Shown here piece after piece: positions 6,682-15,900 of a DNA stretch of 64,000 nucleotides (the stretch's first letter is position 1; every line of letters begins with the position of its first letter). The DNA is taken from assembly GCA_937980645.1 (NCBI GenBank), contig CALJPQ010000009.1, forward strand, positions 54,018 to 118,017, in the 5' to 3' direction. Under the pieces are notes generated by a model that saw only the letters and a list, made by a program, of their open reading frames with translations, was not told where the DNA came from and did no database searches. Origin of the DNA: an uncultured Saprospiraceae bacterium (GTDB lineage Bacteria; Bacteroidota; Bacteroidia; Chitinophagales; Saprospiraceae). Position numbers and translations under genes: made by a program.

Positions 6682-9600
6682 TTCTTACGGGCAGATTTTC
6701 GGACGGGCGCTAGGGCCGACGGTGAGACGATTTCTTGAACGGGCGCTTGCATGGACTGCCGGGGCGAATAAGCCTTTTCGGCCCAATCGGCCACGGCCTT
6801 GCAGCATCGGTAGGGAAGGCTAAAGTCGGCAATGGCGCAGCCGTCGGCGTCGGCAACGAGGATGAACGTACCGCCTTTAGGCACGCCGGCCAGATGCTCA
6901 GCCCCCAACAGCGCCTGCCCGAACGACCAGGCGTGCAGGCGTGGATCGTCGGTGTCACCTAAGGCACACAGGTACTTATAGTCGTCCTTGGGGCAGGGCA
7001 GCTCTTGTAGGGCATCCACGGAGAGTTGCACGACGTCGAAGTCCAAGTTGTGCTTTTGCACCAGGAAGACCAGCGCCTCAAACACCGGGAACTCGGGCAA
7101 CGGCTCGTTGGCATCCGCAGATGGGTTTTCGTAGATGGTCGTGTTCTTTTTGCCTATTAGCCCTTCAATGCGATAGAAGTCGTAGGCATCGAGCGAATAG
7201 TAGAGCGGTCGCAGCGTGGGGCGCCGGCGCGAGTACGAGGGAAAGTCGGGCGGCGCATCCGTGGCGTGGTACGACAGGAGGCCGTCAGTGCTCAACGTCT
7301 TAAAGCGGCGATAGTTCCAGAAATGCTGGAGTGACTTGGGGTTGTCATTCAGCGGATAGTAGAACGGTATGGACTGCTCGCTCAAGGGATAGAAGTAGCT
7401 GCGGCCCGGCGTGATGCGCAGCCGCGAGAAGTCGGGCATCACCGGGATTTCCTCGTAACCCTTTTCGGGTTTACACCAGCCGGGCGGGTCAGCGTTGGGT
7501 AGATAGCCTTCAAGGTGAAAGCCTTCTATCATGGCAAACAGGCGGCAGAAGTACAATTTGCAGGCATCTAATCGGGCTGCATTGCCGTTGAAGATGGGCG
7601 GCTGCTGGAAGTAGTCGCGCAGTGGTGGACGTTCGTGGCAGGCTGTGGGGTGGTAGGCCGGACCGAGCATGAGGAAGCAGCGTTCCAGTTCGAGCATCTC
7701 CAGCGTCAGCGGGCGCAGGTCGTTCATCAGCTCCGTCAGAGTGTCGCGCAGCTCGTGGTAGGCCGCCATCAGGTCGCGCACCCAGTCGTAGAAGTATTGG
7801 GCGTAGTACTTGACGCCCTTTTCACCGGCGGGTAGCGCATCGTTGTACTTCACAAAGCGCAGCCACTTTTCCATCATCAGATCGCGCTTCTTGTGATAGG
7901 GCTGTGCGCTGAAGAGCGGAAACAGCATGGGCCGATAGCGCTCAATGAGCAAGCCTAACGTCTTATGCAGGTGCTGAAGCGCTTCGTCCACAATGGGCTT
8001 CCACGTCTGGTACAGGTCGTCGAGATGGCATATTTGGGGAAAATCGGTTGTGTCTAAATCCGCCGGAGCGCAGTCCTTGCCCTGGTAAAAGCCGAAACGG
8101 TAGAGCGATAGTTCGGGCAGCCCATAGGCCGGGTAGAGACAAAGCCAGAGCGCTTTGTCCGAAAGGATGTCGTCCTCAGGGCTATACGCTTTTTCAAAGA
8201 TATAGTCGGCGTTGGGGTTTTGGGGTTTGCATTTGTGGCTGAGCGACAGTTTTTGGAGCAGGTCTTCGCGCCGGATGAGCAGGTAATGGCGCTTGTCGTT
8301 GTCGGGCAGCAGGAGGATAATCTTATCGGCGATGAACGGTTGCTCCTGTTCTATTTGATTTTGGGGCGTCAGTGGCAGAGCGTCGCTGGGTAAGTTGTCA
8401 CTGGGCGGCAGCAGCTCCCACACGGGACAATCGCCAAAGTTGTGCTGAAAATTCAGGCAATCGCCCTCGTAGGCGAAAGGCCGATAATGTGAGAACACCA
8501 GTGCCCCGCTAATGACGTCCTCTTCGTCGCATTCACCGCTGCTGCCTAAACCCGTGTTGTCCTGGCGCGGCTCCACAACGAGCGCACCCTGGGGCGTAAC
8601 GCCAACACCCGGCGTGATGTGCACGTAATGCTTTTGGTCGGAGCGAATATCGAAACCGCCCACAAGGCCCCACCCTTGCAGTGCCAGGCGTGTCAGCCGA
8701 ACGCCTGCAACGTTGGGATTTTCGCAGCTATTTAAGTCCATACCCTCCAGCATTTGGAGAATTTCCTCTACCGTCGTCTTGTCCGCCTTTTTCTCCAACG
8801 CTACTGCTATCTCTGCCTTGCATTCCGCCAAGTCAGCTTTTGTTGCTGTTTCTTCCAATGCCTTCTGAACTCCATCTTTGAGGGTATCCAGGTCGGTCTG
8901 GTTGGCTTTGCTGTTTAATTGCTGTTGGGTTTGGGTTTTAAAATCGTCCAGGTCGGTCTGGTTGGCCTTTTGGGTTACTGTTTGGTTGATGGCGTCTAGG
9001 TCGGTCTGGTTGGCTTTGCTGTTTAATTGCTGTTGGGTTTGGGTTTTAAAATCGTCCAGGTCGGTCTGGTTGGCCTTTTGGGTTACTGTTTGGTTGATGG
9101 CATCTAGGTCGGTCTGGTTGGCTTTGCTGTTTAATTGCTGTTGGGTTTGGGTTTTAAAATCGTCCAGGTCGGTCTGGTTGGCCTTTTGGGTTACTGTTTG
9201 GTTGATGGCGTCCAGGTCGGTCTGGTTGGCTTTGCCGGTCAGGGTGGTTTTCAGGTCGTCTAATTCGGTCCGTTCGGCTTTGCCGTCCAGGGTGAATTGG
9301 GTTTGGGTTTTGAAGGCATCGAAGGTGGTGAGCAGCAATTTTTGAAGGATTTGCTGTTGGAGGTCGCTGTGGAGGTCAGCGATGTTTTGCTGGATAGGCC
9401 CTAGTTCGCGTGCGATGAGAAGCAGTGTCTGGGCTTCGGTGAGGCCGCCTGGGTTGGCCAGTTGGGTTTCGATGAAGGCGATGCGCTGGAGTAGGTCGGC
9501 GATGCGTGGGTCGCTATACTGCTGGAGTTGGTGGATATCATTTTGGATAGGGCCGAGGGCGTCTTTGATGAGTTGACGCGCGGCGGCCTCGGTCAGTGGC

Positions 9601-10010
9601 GCTTCGCCAAGGGCTTGATCTAAGGCAGCGATGCGCTGGGCGAGCATTTCCAGCGTTTGTACGTGTGGTTGGAGGCCGTCGGTGATGAGTTTTTGGGCTG
9701 CATTAGCATCCATTTTTTCAGCGATAGCCTGGGCTAGGTCCTTGAGTTGCTCAGCCAGTGCGGCGATTTTTTCTTGTGTCAGTGCCAGGTCGGCGTCCTG
9801 TGTCTGCACAGTTTGCTGCAGGACATCGAGGTCTTGCCGCAGGTTTTCGATGCCGAACGTTGGCATTTCAAGGATAGTCATCAGGTCGGCAATGACGCCG
9901 ATAGCGCGCGGAATTATGATCTGCGGTGAAGAGCCGCCAGGTGTTCGAAGTTGCTCGACGTGCTCCTGAAGTTGGGCTAAAAGTTCGCTAAAGCGGGCAT
10001 TATCGGGCAT
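6678..10010 (-). CDS. Tail-fibre-like protein (Afp13 position): N-terminal coiled-coil/repeat shaft plus about 670-aa unknown C-terminal domain
   Basis: 1110-aa ORF. The N-terminal 440 aa is heptad-like and Gln/Leu/Asp-rich, with three perfect 36-aa repeats ANQTDLDAINQTVTQKANQTDLDDFKTQTQQQLNSK. Positioned after the two baseplate wedge genes. Confidence 0.55.
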   Translation of the reverse strand: MPDNARFSELLAQLQEHVEQLRTPGGSSPQIIIPRAIGVIADLMTILEMPTFGIENLRQDLDVLQQTVQTQDADLALTQEKIAALAEQLKDLAQAIAEKMDANAAQKLITDGLQPHVQTLEMLAQRIAALDQALGEAPLTEAAARQLIKDALGPIQNDIHQLQQYSDPRIADLLQRIAFIETQLANPGGLTEAQTLLLIARELGPIQQNIADLHSDLQQQILQKLLLTTFDAFKTQTQFTLDGKAERTELDDLKTTLTGKANQTDLDAINQTVTQKANQTDLDDFKTQTQQQLNSKANQTDLDAINQTVTQKANQTDLDDFKTQTQQQLNSKANQTDLDAINQTVTQKANQTDLDDFKTQTQQQLNSKANQTDLDTLKDGVQKALEETATKADLAECKAEIAVALEKKADKTTVEEILQMLEGMDLNSCENPNVAGVRLTRLALQGWGLVGGFDIRSDQKHYVHITPGVGVTPQGALVVEPRQDNTGLGSSGECDEEDVISGALVFSHYRPFAYEGDCLNFQHNFGDCPVWELLPPSDNLPSDALPLTPQNQIEQEQPFIADKIILLLPDNDKRHYLLIRREDLLQKLSLSHKCKPQNPNADYIFEKAYSPEDDILSDKALWLCLYPAYGLPELSLYRFGFYQGKDCAPADLDTTDFPQICHLDDLYQTWKPIVDEALQHLHKTLGLLIERYRPMLFPLFSAQPYHKKRDLMMEKWLRFVKYNDALPAGEKGVKYYAQYFYDWVRDLMAAYHELRDTLTELMNDLRPLTLEMLELERCFLMLGPAYHPTACHERPPLRDYFQQPPIFNGNAARLDACKLYFCRLFAMIEGFHLEGYLPNADPPGWCKPEKGYEEIPVMPDFSRLRITPGRSYFYPLSEQSIPFYYPLNDNPKSLQHFWNYRRFKTLSTDGLLSYHATDAPPDFPSYSRRRPTLRPLYYSLDAYDFYRIEGLIGKKNTTIYENPSADANEPLPEFPVFEALVFLVQKHNLDFDVVQLSVDALQELPCPKDDYKYLCALGDTDDPRLHAWSFGQALLGAEHLAGVPKGGTFILVADADGCAIADFSLPYRCCKAVADWAEKAYSPRQSMQAPVQEIVSPSALAPVRKSARKK
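8886..9230 (-). repeat. In-frame tandem repeat, 108-bp period, about 3.2 copies, near-identical
   Basis: The motif tccaggtcggtctggttggc recurs with alternating 60/48-bp spacing (ends at 8906, 8966, 9014, 9074, 9122, 9182, 9230). Only a few substitutions are seen, e.g. gtctagg / atctagg / gtccagg. Confidence 0.9.
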
Positions 10011-10136
10011 GATGTATGAAGTTGAGTGGTGCGGTCAGCTCAGGTGTTCTTTAGGGTATTGTTCTTTTTTCAGGTCTTTTTCGAGGTAACAGCACAGCGC
10101 CTGTGCGATTCATTTTGTCACTGAAGCGTTGTCTTT

Positions 10137-12992
10137 TTATTCTTTAGGGACGCCACTTCCGCAATCTTGACAATCGTCGCAGGCATTTTCGGCATGGCAG
10201 CAGTGCTCGCATGAACAGGAGCAGAGCGTTGTATTGAGCCATTGGATGAGAGCGTTAGCGGCGGTGGTTACATGGCATTCGTCGGGCGTGCAGTCGGCTT
10301 TAGCTTCGAGCCAGGCCATGTAGCGCTCTTCGAAGGCGCGCATTTGTTCTTTGTCCACCCAGCAGAAGCGGACGGCATTTTCGGCGGGCAGTTCGCGTCG
10401 GAAATGCTGTTCGAAGCGGGTGCGAAACCGGGCGTTGGCGAAGCGCGCCGGCCAGTTGGGAGCCACCACCGTTACCCAGTTGGAATAGGGATCGACGACG
10501 AGGCGCTCCGGGTCGCAGCTGAGCGGCAGGCACAGCAGGTCGTCGGCCGGGTCGTTGGGTCGCAGTAGGATGTGTTCCAAGACGTGGAAGCCCTCTTTTT
10601 CGGCGTCGGGAGTGAAGCCCACCAGGGCCAGAATGTGCTCCAGCAGGTCGTGGGCCTCTTGTTCGCTGCCGGGTGGGCTGAAGAGTTCGACGGCACCTTT
10701 GACGGTGAAAAGCACGGCAAAACGGTCGCTCTCGGTGGGGTGGGAGCCAACGCTGTATCGTTCTTTGCGCCAGACGTCGGAATAGAGCTGGTCGCGGCGC
10801 TCTTTCGCCATTTTGGGCGAGTTGAAGCGTTTGCTGCGCAGCAGGATGGCGTTGTCGTCGGAGCTGGCGGTAGCCCCCAGGTCGCGGAAGGCAATCTGGT
10901 ATTGAGCGGCGCCGCCAGGTTTATGGACGGTTTGAATATCCAAGCGATAGGGTGGCGAAGTGAGCAGAGAACTGCTGCTCCAGTGGCCTTTGAGGCCGAG
11001 GGCGCGGTGGACGCGCTTTTTGACGCCAGCGACGTTGTCGGTGTTCCACACGGGCTTGCAGCGGTAGTTATAGCCTTTGGCACGGTCGGTGCTCAGGGTG
11101 GCCACTTCGCGCAGAAATTGGGCTTTGGCCTGAAGGTATTCGGTGAAGTCCTCGCTGGGGGTGTCGTTGCCTGAGCAGAGCAGGCCCAGGGCGTATTCGG
11201 TGAATGCTTCGCCGAAGCGCGCCAGCAGGTGGTCGAGCAGGCGGTTGCGGCGGTCTTGCCGGGTGGCTGTGTTTTCGGGGGTGAATTGTGCTAGTATGTC
11301 CGGGTCTAAGATGTCGCTCATGCCCGGCAGGGCGCTCAGGTCGGCGCTGAGATAGGTGGGCGCTGTAGAGTCTTGCTCCACGGCCATCAGGTCGCGCACC
11401 TGCTCTAAGTGCAGCAAGTAGGAGGCCAGCAGTTGGTCGAACAGGGCCAGGAAGGCCTGCAGCTGTTTGCGCACGCCTTTCTGGTAGGGCGTAGCCTCGT
11501 CGGAGAGGCCGTACTGGCCCACACCATAGACTTCGGGTAGGTCATACTGCAGGCTGCGGTAGTCGCCCAGGCCTTCGGGCGCTATGCCGCCGGGCGCTTC
11601 GGGGCCGCTGGGGTCGTCCATGCACAGGGCTTGCTTACGGCGCAGGCGTAGGGCTTCCTTGAGTGCCCCTTCCGACAGATCGCAGCGCATGCCGTTGTGC
11701 GACACATAGACACACGACGCACACAGGTCGAGTACGGCCTTCAGCGGGCGCTCGAGCGGGCTGTAGATGGGATAGGCTGTTTTTTCCTCGAAGGTTTCGC
11801 CCGGATACACCTTCACCTTCAGCTCGTGCACACCCACCACGTCGGGGTGAGCCGTGGCTGCGCTGATGAGGTCGGAATGGCGCACCTCAGTAGGCAAGCG
11901 GGCGGCATCTACTTCGGCGTCGTCTAAGAAGCCGTGCATTAGTAGCGGGCCGTTGAGGATCTCATCGTTGCAGTAGCCGCGAGCGCGCATCTGCTGGTAC
12001 GTACGGAAGCGAGGGCGAGGCGACAGGTGTTGCTCCATGCTCCACAGCGCCTCGACGGCGGCGTCCAACGGTTTGGTGTTAGGGCTAACCTCGAGGTGTA
12101 GGCACACGGCAACGCGCTTTTGGCCCACCGTGACCGGCGGCTCCACGTAGTCGTGGCACAAAAAGCGGTTGGCTTGCAGACGCTCCATCACGCGAGCCAC
12201 GACGGGCTGCGTCTGCAGCGGGTTGTCCGGGTCTATGTGGTCTTCCAAATCGAGCACAATGCGCGATAGACCGCTGAGCAGCAGCACTTTGTCGGAGTTC
12301 TTTGGTGCAGGCCCTTTGGCTAGGGGTACGTAGCCGAAGCGGCACAACAGCGCCTCTGCCAGCGCTGGGTTGGCTTTGGCCGACTCATCCGTCAAGCCTT
12401 CTGTTACCCATTTGGCTGCCTGCTCGAAGGCTGCTTTCAGGCGTTGGGCATAGCCGTCGTCCGTTTCGTTTTTTTGTTTTTGAATGAAATGCTGAAGGAA
12501 CTCCAGAAGAGCCTGCGCGTCGGGTTGCCATTGCCCATCGGGCGTTTGAGTGGCAACTTTTTTAAACCGAATGACTTTGCCTTCGGGCAGGTAAAGGACG
12601 TGAGCCTGGCCGTTTTTGTCGGTGAAAAGCGTTTGGGTGGTGTGTTTTTCCATCCACGCATTTTTCACACCCTTGACGTCTATCATCAGTTTGCGGAAGT
12701 CACGGGCGATTACGGGAGCCATGGGCAGCACTTCGTCGGGGCCGAAGAAGGTTTTGCCTTTGCCGTCGGCCAGCAGGTCGCCGATGTGGAGTTTGCGCGA
12801 GCGGTAGCCCAGGTCGGTGATGGCGTAGCAGAGCACCTCGAGCAGGGTGATACCCGGGTCGTGGGCGTTGAAGTCCGTCCACAGTTCAGTGGCCAGGTTT
12901 TCTAAATGCCGGATGCCCTCGCTGCGCAGCAGGTCGTAGTCGAGGCAGGGGTGGTCGGGTCGAGTAATAGGTATGACGTTGAGACTGCTCAT
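10137..12992 (-). CDS. Second baseplate wedge protein (Afp12 / gp7-like position) with Cys-rich C-terminal tail
   Basis: 951-aa ORF with an ATGA overlap to the Baseplate_J-like gene at 12989-12992. The N-terminus, LWTDFNAHDPGITLLEVLCYAITDLGYR, is typical of eCIS baseplate proteins as I recall them. The C-terminus reads LCSCSCEHCCHAENACDDCQDCGSG. Confidence 0.55.
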   Translation of the reverse strand: MSSLNVIPITRPDHPCLDYDLLRSEGIRHLENLATELWTDFNAHDPGITLLEVLCYAITDLGYRSRKLHIGDLLADGKGKTFFGPDEVLPMAPVIARDFRKLMIDVKGVKNAWMEKHTTQTLFTDKNGQAHVLYLPEGKVIRFKKVATQTPDGQWQPDAQALLEFLQHFIQKQKNETDDGYAQRLKAAFEQAAKWVTEGLTDESAKANPALAEALLCRFGYVPLAKGPAPKNSDKVLLLSGLSRIVLDLEDHIDPDNPLQTQPVVARVMERLQANRFLCHDYVEPPVTVGQKRVAVCLHLEVSPNTKPLDAAVEALWSMEQHLSPRPRFRTYQQMRARGYCNDEILNGPLLMHGFLDDAEVDAARLPTEVRHSDLISAATAHPDVVGVHELKVKVYPGETFEEKTAYPIYSPLERPLKAVLDLCASCVYVSHNGMRCDLSEGALKEALRLRRKQALCMDDPSGPEAPGGIAPEGLGDYRSLQYDLPEVYGVGQYGLSDEATPYQKGVRKQLQAFLALFDQLLASYLLHLEQVRDLMAVEQDSTAPTYLSADLSALPGMSDILDPDILAQFTPENTATRQDRRNRLLDHLLARFGEAFTEYALGLLCSGNDTPSEDFTEYLQAKAQFLREVATLSTDRAKGYNYRCKPVWNTDNVAGVKKRVHRALGLKGHWSSSSLLTSPPYRLDIQTVHKPGGAAQYQIAFRDLGATASSDDNAILLRSKRFNSPKMAKERRDQLYSDVWRKERYSVGSHPTESDRFAVLFTVKGAVELFSPPGSEQEAHDLLEHILALVGFTPDAEKEGFHVLEHILLRPNDPADDLLCLPLSCDPERLVVDPYSNWVTVVAPNWPARFANARFRTRFEQHFRRELPAENAVRFCWVDKEQMRAFEERYMAWLEAKADCTPDECHVTTAANALIQWLNTTLCSCSCEHCCHAENACDDCQDCGSGVPKE

Positions 12993-15900
12993 GGCTTATT
13001 CGTTTTGGATGTGCGGGTTTTGCGCGCGAGTGCGGGTTCGGAGGCGGCAGGTGGTGTTTCAGCACGCATGGTGGCGGTGGCGACGACCGTGACGGGCTGC
13101 GCCTGCGGGTTCGGATTCGTGCCGTTAGGCTTGTCCGTAGGTGGTTTTTGAGCGGTGGGCGAGCATTTCACCACATCGGGCAGTGCCTCATTAACGGCGA
13201 TGTAGCCGGCAACGAAAATAGAGCGGGCACTCGCGGGGCAGGCCTTCTCCAATATCCACTCTACAGCGGGCGTTTGGGTTAGCAGGTCTTTCTCCGATAT
13301 CGGCTTGCCTGCTGGGTCGAGGATTTGGCCAGCTACGTCCGTGCGCAGGCGGCGGATACGCAGGCTGTCCATGTAAACGTAGTCCACGTAGTAGCGTCCT
13401 TCGAGGAACCTTAAGAATTTGCTACGGGCGATGCTACGGCCAAACATGGGCGGCACATCTGGGTTGTTGAGCCAGGGGCTGAGGAAGTCGCGCAGTTCCT
13501 CCGCGAGTTTTTGTTTATAGAAGGCCTCATCGGTGTATTCGGGTTTGAATTTGACGTTGACCTTGATGTCCAGCGGTTCGTAATGTGGGTTGAGCACTTG
13601 GAGGCAGGTGTCTTCTTCGTCCGAACCATAGGCGACGAACAGGTTGGCTCGCGTAGCTAAGAAGTCGCGTATGTCGTCCAAATCCGCCTTAGGGAAGTGT
13701 GGCTGTTCCCAGGGTTCGTTGCGTAGGGCAGGGCGGGGCACGACGGCCAGGGTTATGTGGCCTGGAGCCAGTTCGGCAGCAACGGTGGTAGGTCGGTAGC
13801 ACGTATGCGGGATGCAGCGGACTACAGCCACATCGGGATAACGCTCCAACAGCAGATGTTCAAAGTCCCATACCGTTACGGCACGGTCGCGATGGCGCAG
13901 GCGTTCACTGATGCGTGTGCGGAAGGCGGTGCCTGTGGTTTCGGGCAAGCGACCGCCCACAGAGGGCAGCGGTTGGGTTACCTTGCGCACCTCGGCACGG
14001 CTTTCCAATAGGCTGCCAATGGTGCCGGCCGGCAGCGGTTGGGCTAAGTGGCTGAGGTCGTTATCGCGGCTGACAAAGCGGGCGCGCACAGCCTGGGCGT
14101 CAATGCCCATGAGCGAGGGCAGCGCTGAGGCTAAGCGCTTAGCGTCGGCTTCCTCCACCGCTGCCGCGCGCAGCCAATAGCGCTGGCCGGGCAGCATAGT
14201 CGTTCCTTTGACCGCCGCCGTAGGCACGGCAAACTGCACCATCCCACTGCGCGTCAGGCCGCGGGTTTCATCGCGCAGCACCTGGCCGGGGCCAAAGGGA
14301 TGCCACTCGTTGTTGGGGCCTAACCACGACCACACGATGCGTGGCGGCAGCGCCTCGGGGGCGCGCTCTGTACCTGCCGCTATGCGGAACAGCAACGACA
14401 GCGCGCTGCCCGGCACGAGCTTGTCTAAACCAATATACAGGTTGCCCGTGGCATAGGGTATAGGCGCTACCGGGCCAGATTCAGGGTCTTGCTGGTCGTG
14501 CGGGTTGTAGGGATAAACCAGTCGCCGCATAGGCACGCGCAGCGATACCTCCTTATGCCCATTGAAGGGCAACAGGTGGTAGAAACGGTCAATACCATCG
14601 TTTTCAGGGCCGCTGATGACCTGCACGGAACAGTATTCTAAAGAAATGCTGTTGACCGCGGGCGTGTAGGGCGGGTTCAACAGGTGTGCCTCTTTGGGCG
14701 CCGAAAGAGCGTAGTACGCCAACGCCTGCGGGTAAGCCTTGTGCAGAAAGTCCGTCTCTGTCAGGTGGAACACTAGAAAACCGCGCTTGAGGGTAGGGCT
14801 GTACTTCTCAAAGACCTGTGTCCGCACGTCGCGCACCAGGTTGAGCGCGTTGATGTTCACCTCAAAACAGCGCTTGATGGCCGAGTTGGCATCTAACAGA
14901 CCAACATAGTTGATTTCTTGATAAAATAAAATGACGTCAAGCGCCGATTTGCTGAAGTTCAGCCCGGGCTTTGGGTATTCCGCCGGTATCGAAACCACTT
15001 TTTTAACAAAATCAGCCGGCGCCTGAAAGTGCAGGACTTCAGCAAAATCCCAGGGCAAGGCGAGGGTATATTCCCCTTTAGCACCGGTTTGCGTCTCCGC
15101 GACCGCGATACCCTGGGCATCTGCGGCGGCTACTGCCACTTTAGACAACGGAGCACCCAGCACGTCGGTAACCTTGCCGCTAACGAAGAAAAAGACGGCC
15201 TTGGGCAATAGGCGAACGTCTAAGGCCATACAGCCCTGCTCGACGTTGACCCGAAGCGGCTGATAACCCGGGTGCCAAATTTCGACCGTGTTCGAGGCGC
15301 CTTGCAAGGCGGCGTCCAGGGTATAGACGCCCGAGACATCAGTTCGGGTCTGAGCGACAATAGCGCCCGAGGCACTTTGCAGATGGACGGCAACGCCCTG
15401 AAGAGGATTGTCTTGCGCATCCAGAACTTTCCCGCGCAGGGAAGGGCGCGCGGGGCGGACTTTGACCACTTGCCGCGCAAAGGGCGGCAGAGGCGTCTGG
15501 TCCGACGGATTGTCCATCTCCACAAAAACATCGCCCTCCAAAAATGTCAGCCTTCTCACGTTAACACCGCTCAAAGGGGTTATGGAGAAAGCACCATCCG
15601 CATTTGTTCGGGTCTCGTACTTGATGTATCCGCCGGCTAAAACGCCTTCCAGCGTTACGTGCACACCGGCAGCTGCCTGCGTATCGGCGCGTTTGAGCAC
15701 ACCCGATATGCCTGAAGTACTTACCGTCGGAGCAGAAGTCTCTGGCGACAGAACGACATCCAACCTACTCGACCAATTCGACCCAGTGATTTCTACGTTC
15801 CTGTAGCCCGTTTTTTTGAAAACAAGTTTGGAGACACCTGTAGCGGACAACGAAAAGATGTTGCCGTTAATCTGCGGCGTCGTAGCGGTAGCCATAACTT

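Noticed and set aside
8886-9230. Possible CRISPR array, because of regularly spaced identical repeats.
   Set aside because: The repeats are directly contiguous with no unique spacers, have a 108-bp period, are in frame in a long ORF, and there are no cas genes in the window.
8878-9345. Plus-strand 155-aa ORF with striking internal repeats (SRSVWLALLFNCCWVWVLKS...).
   Set aside because: It is the antisense reading of the 108-bp coding tandem repeat. The minus-strand frame is part of an uninterrupted 1110-aa ORF with sensible composition and operon context. The plus-strand product is Trp/Cys/Leu-rich nonsense.
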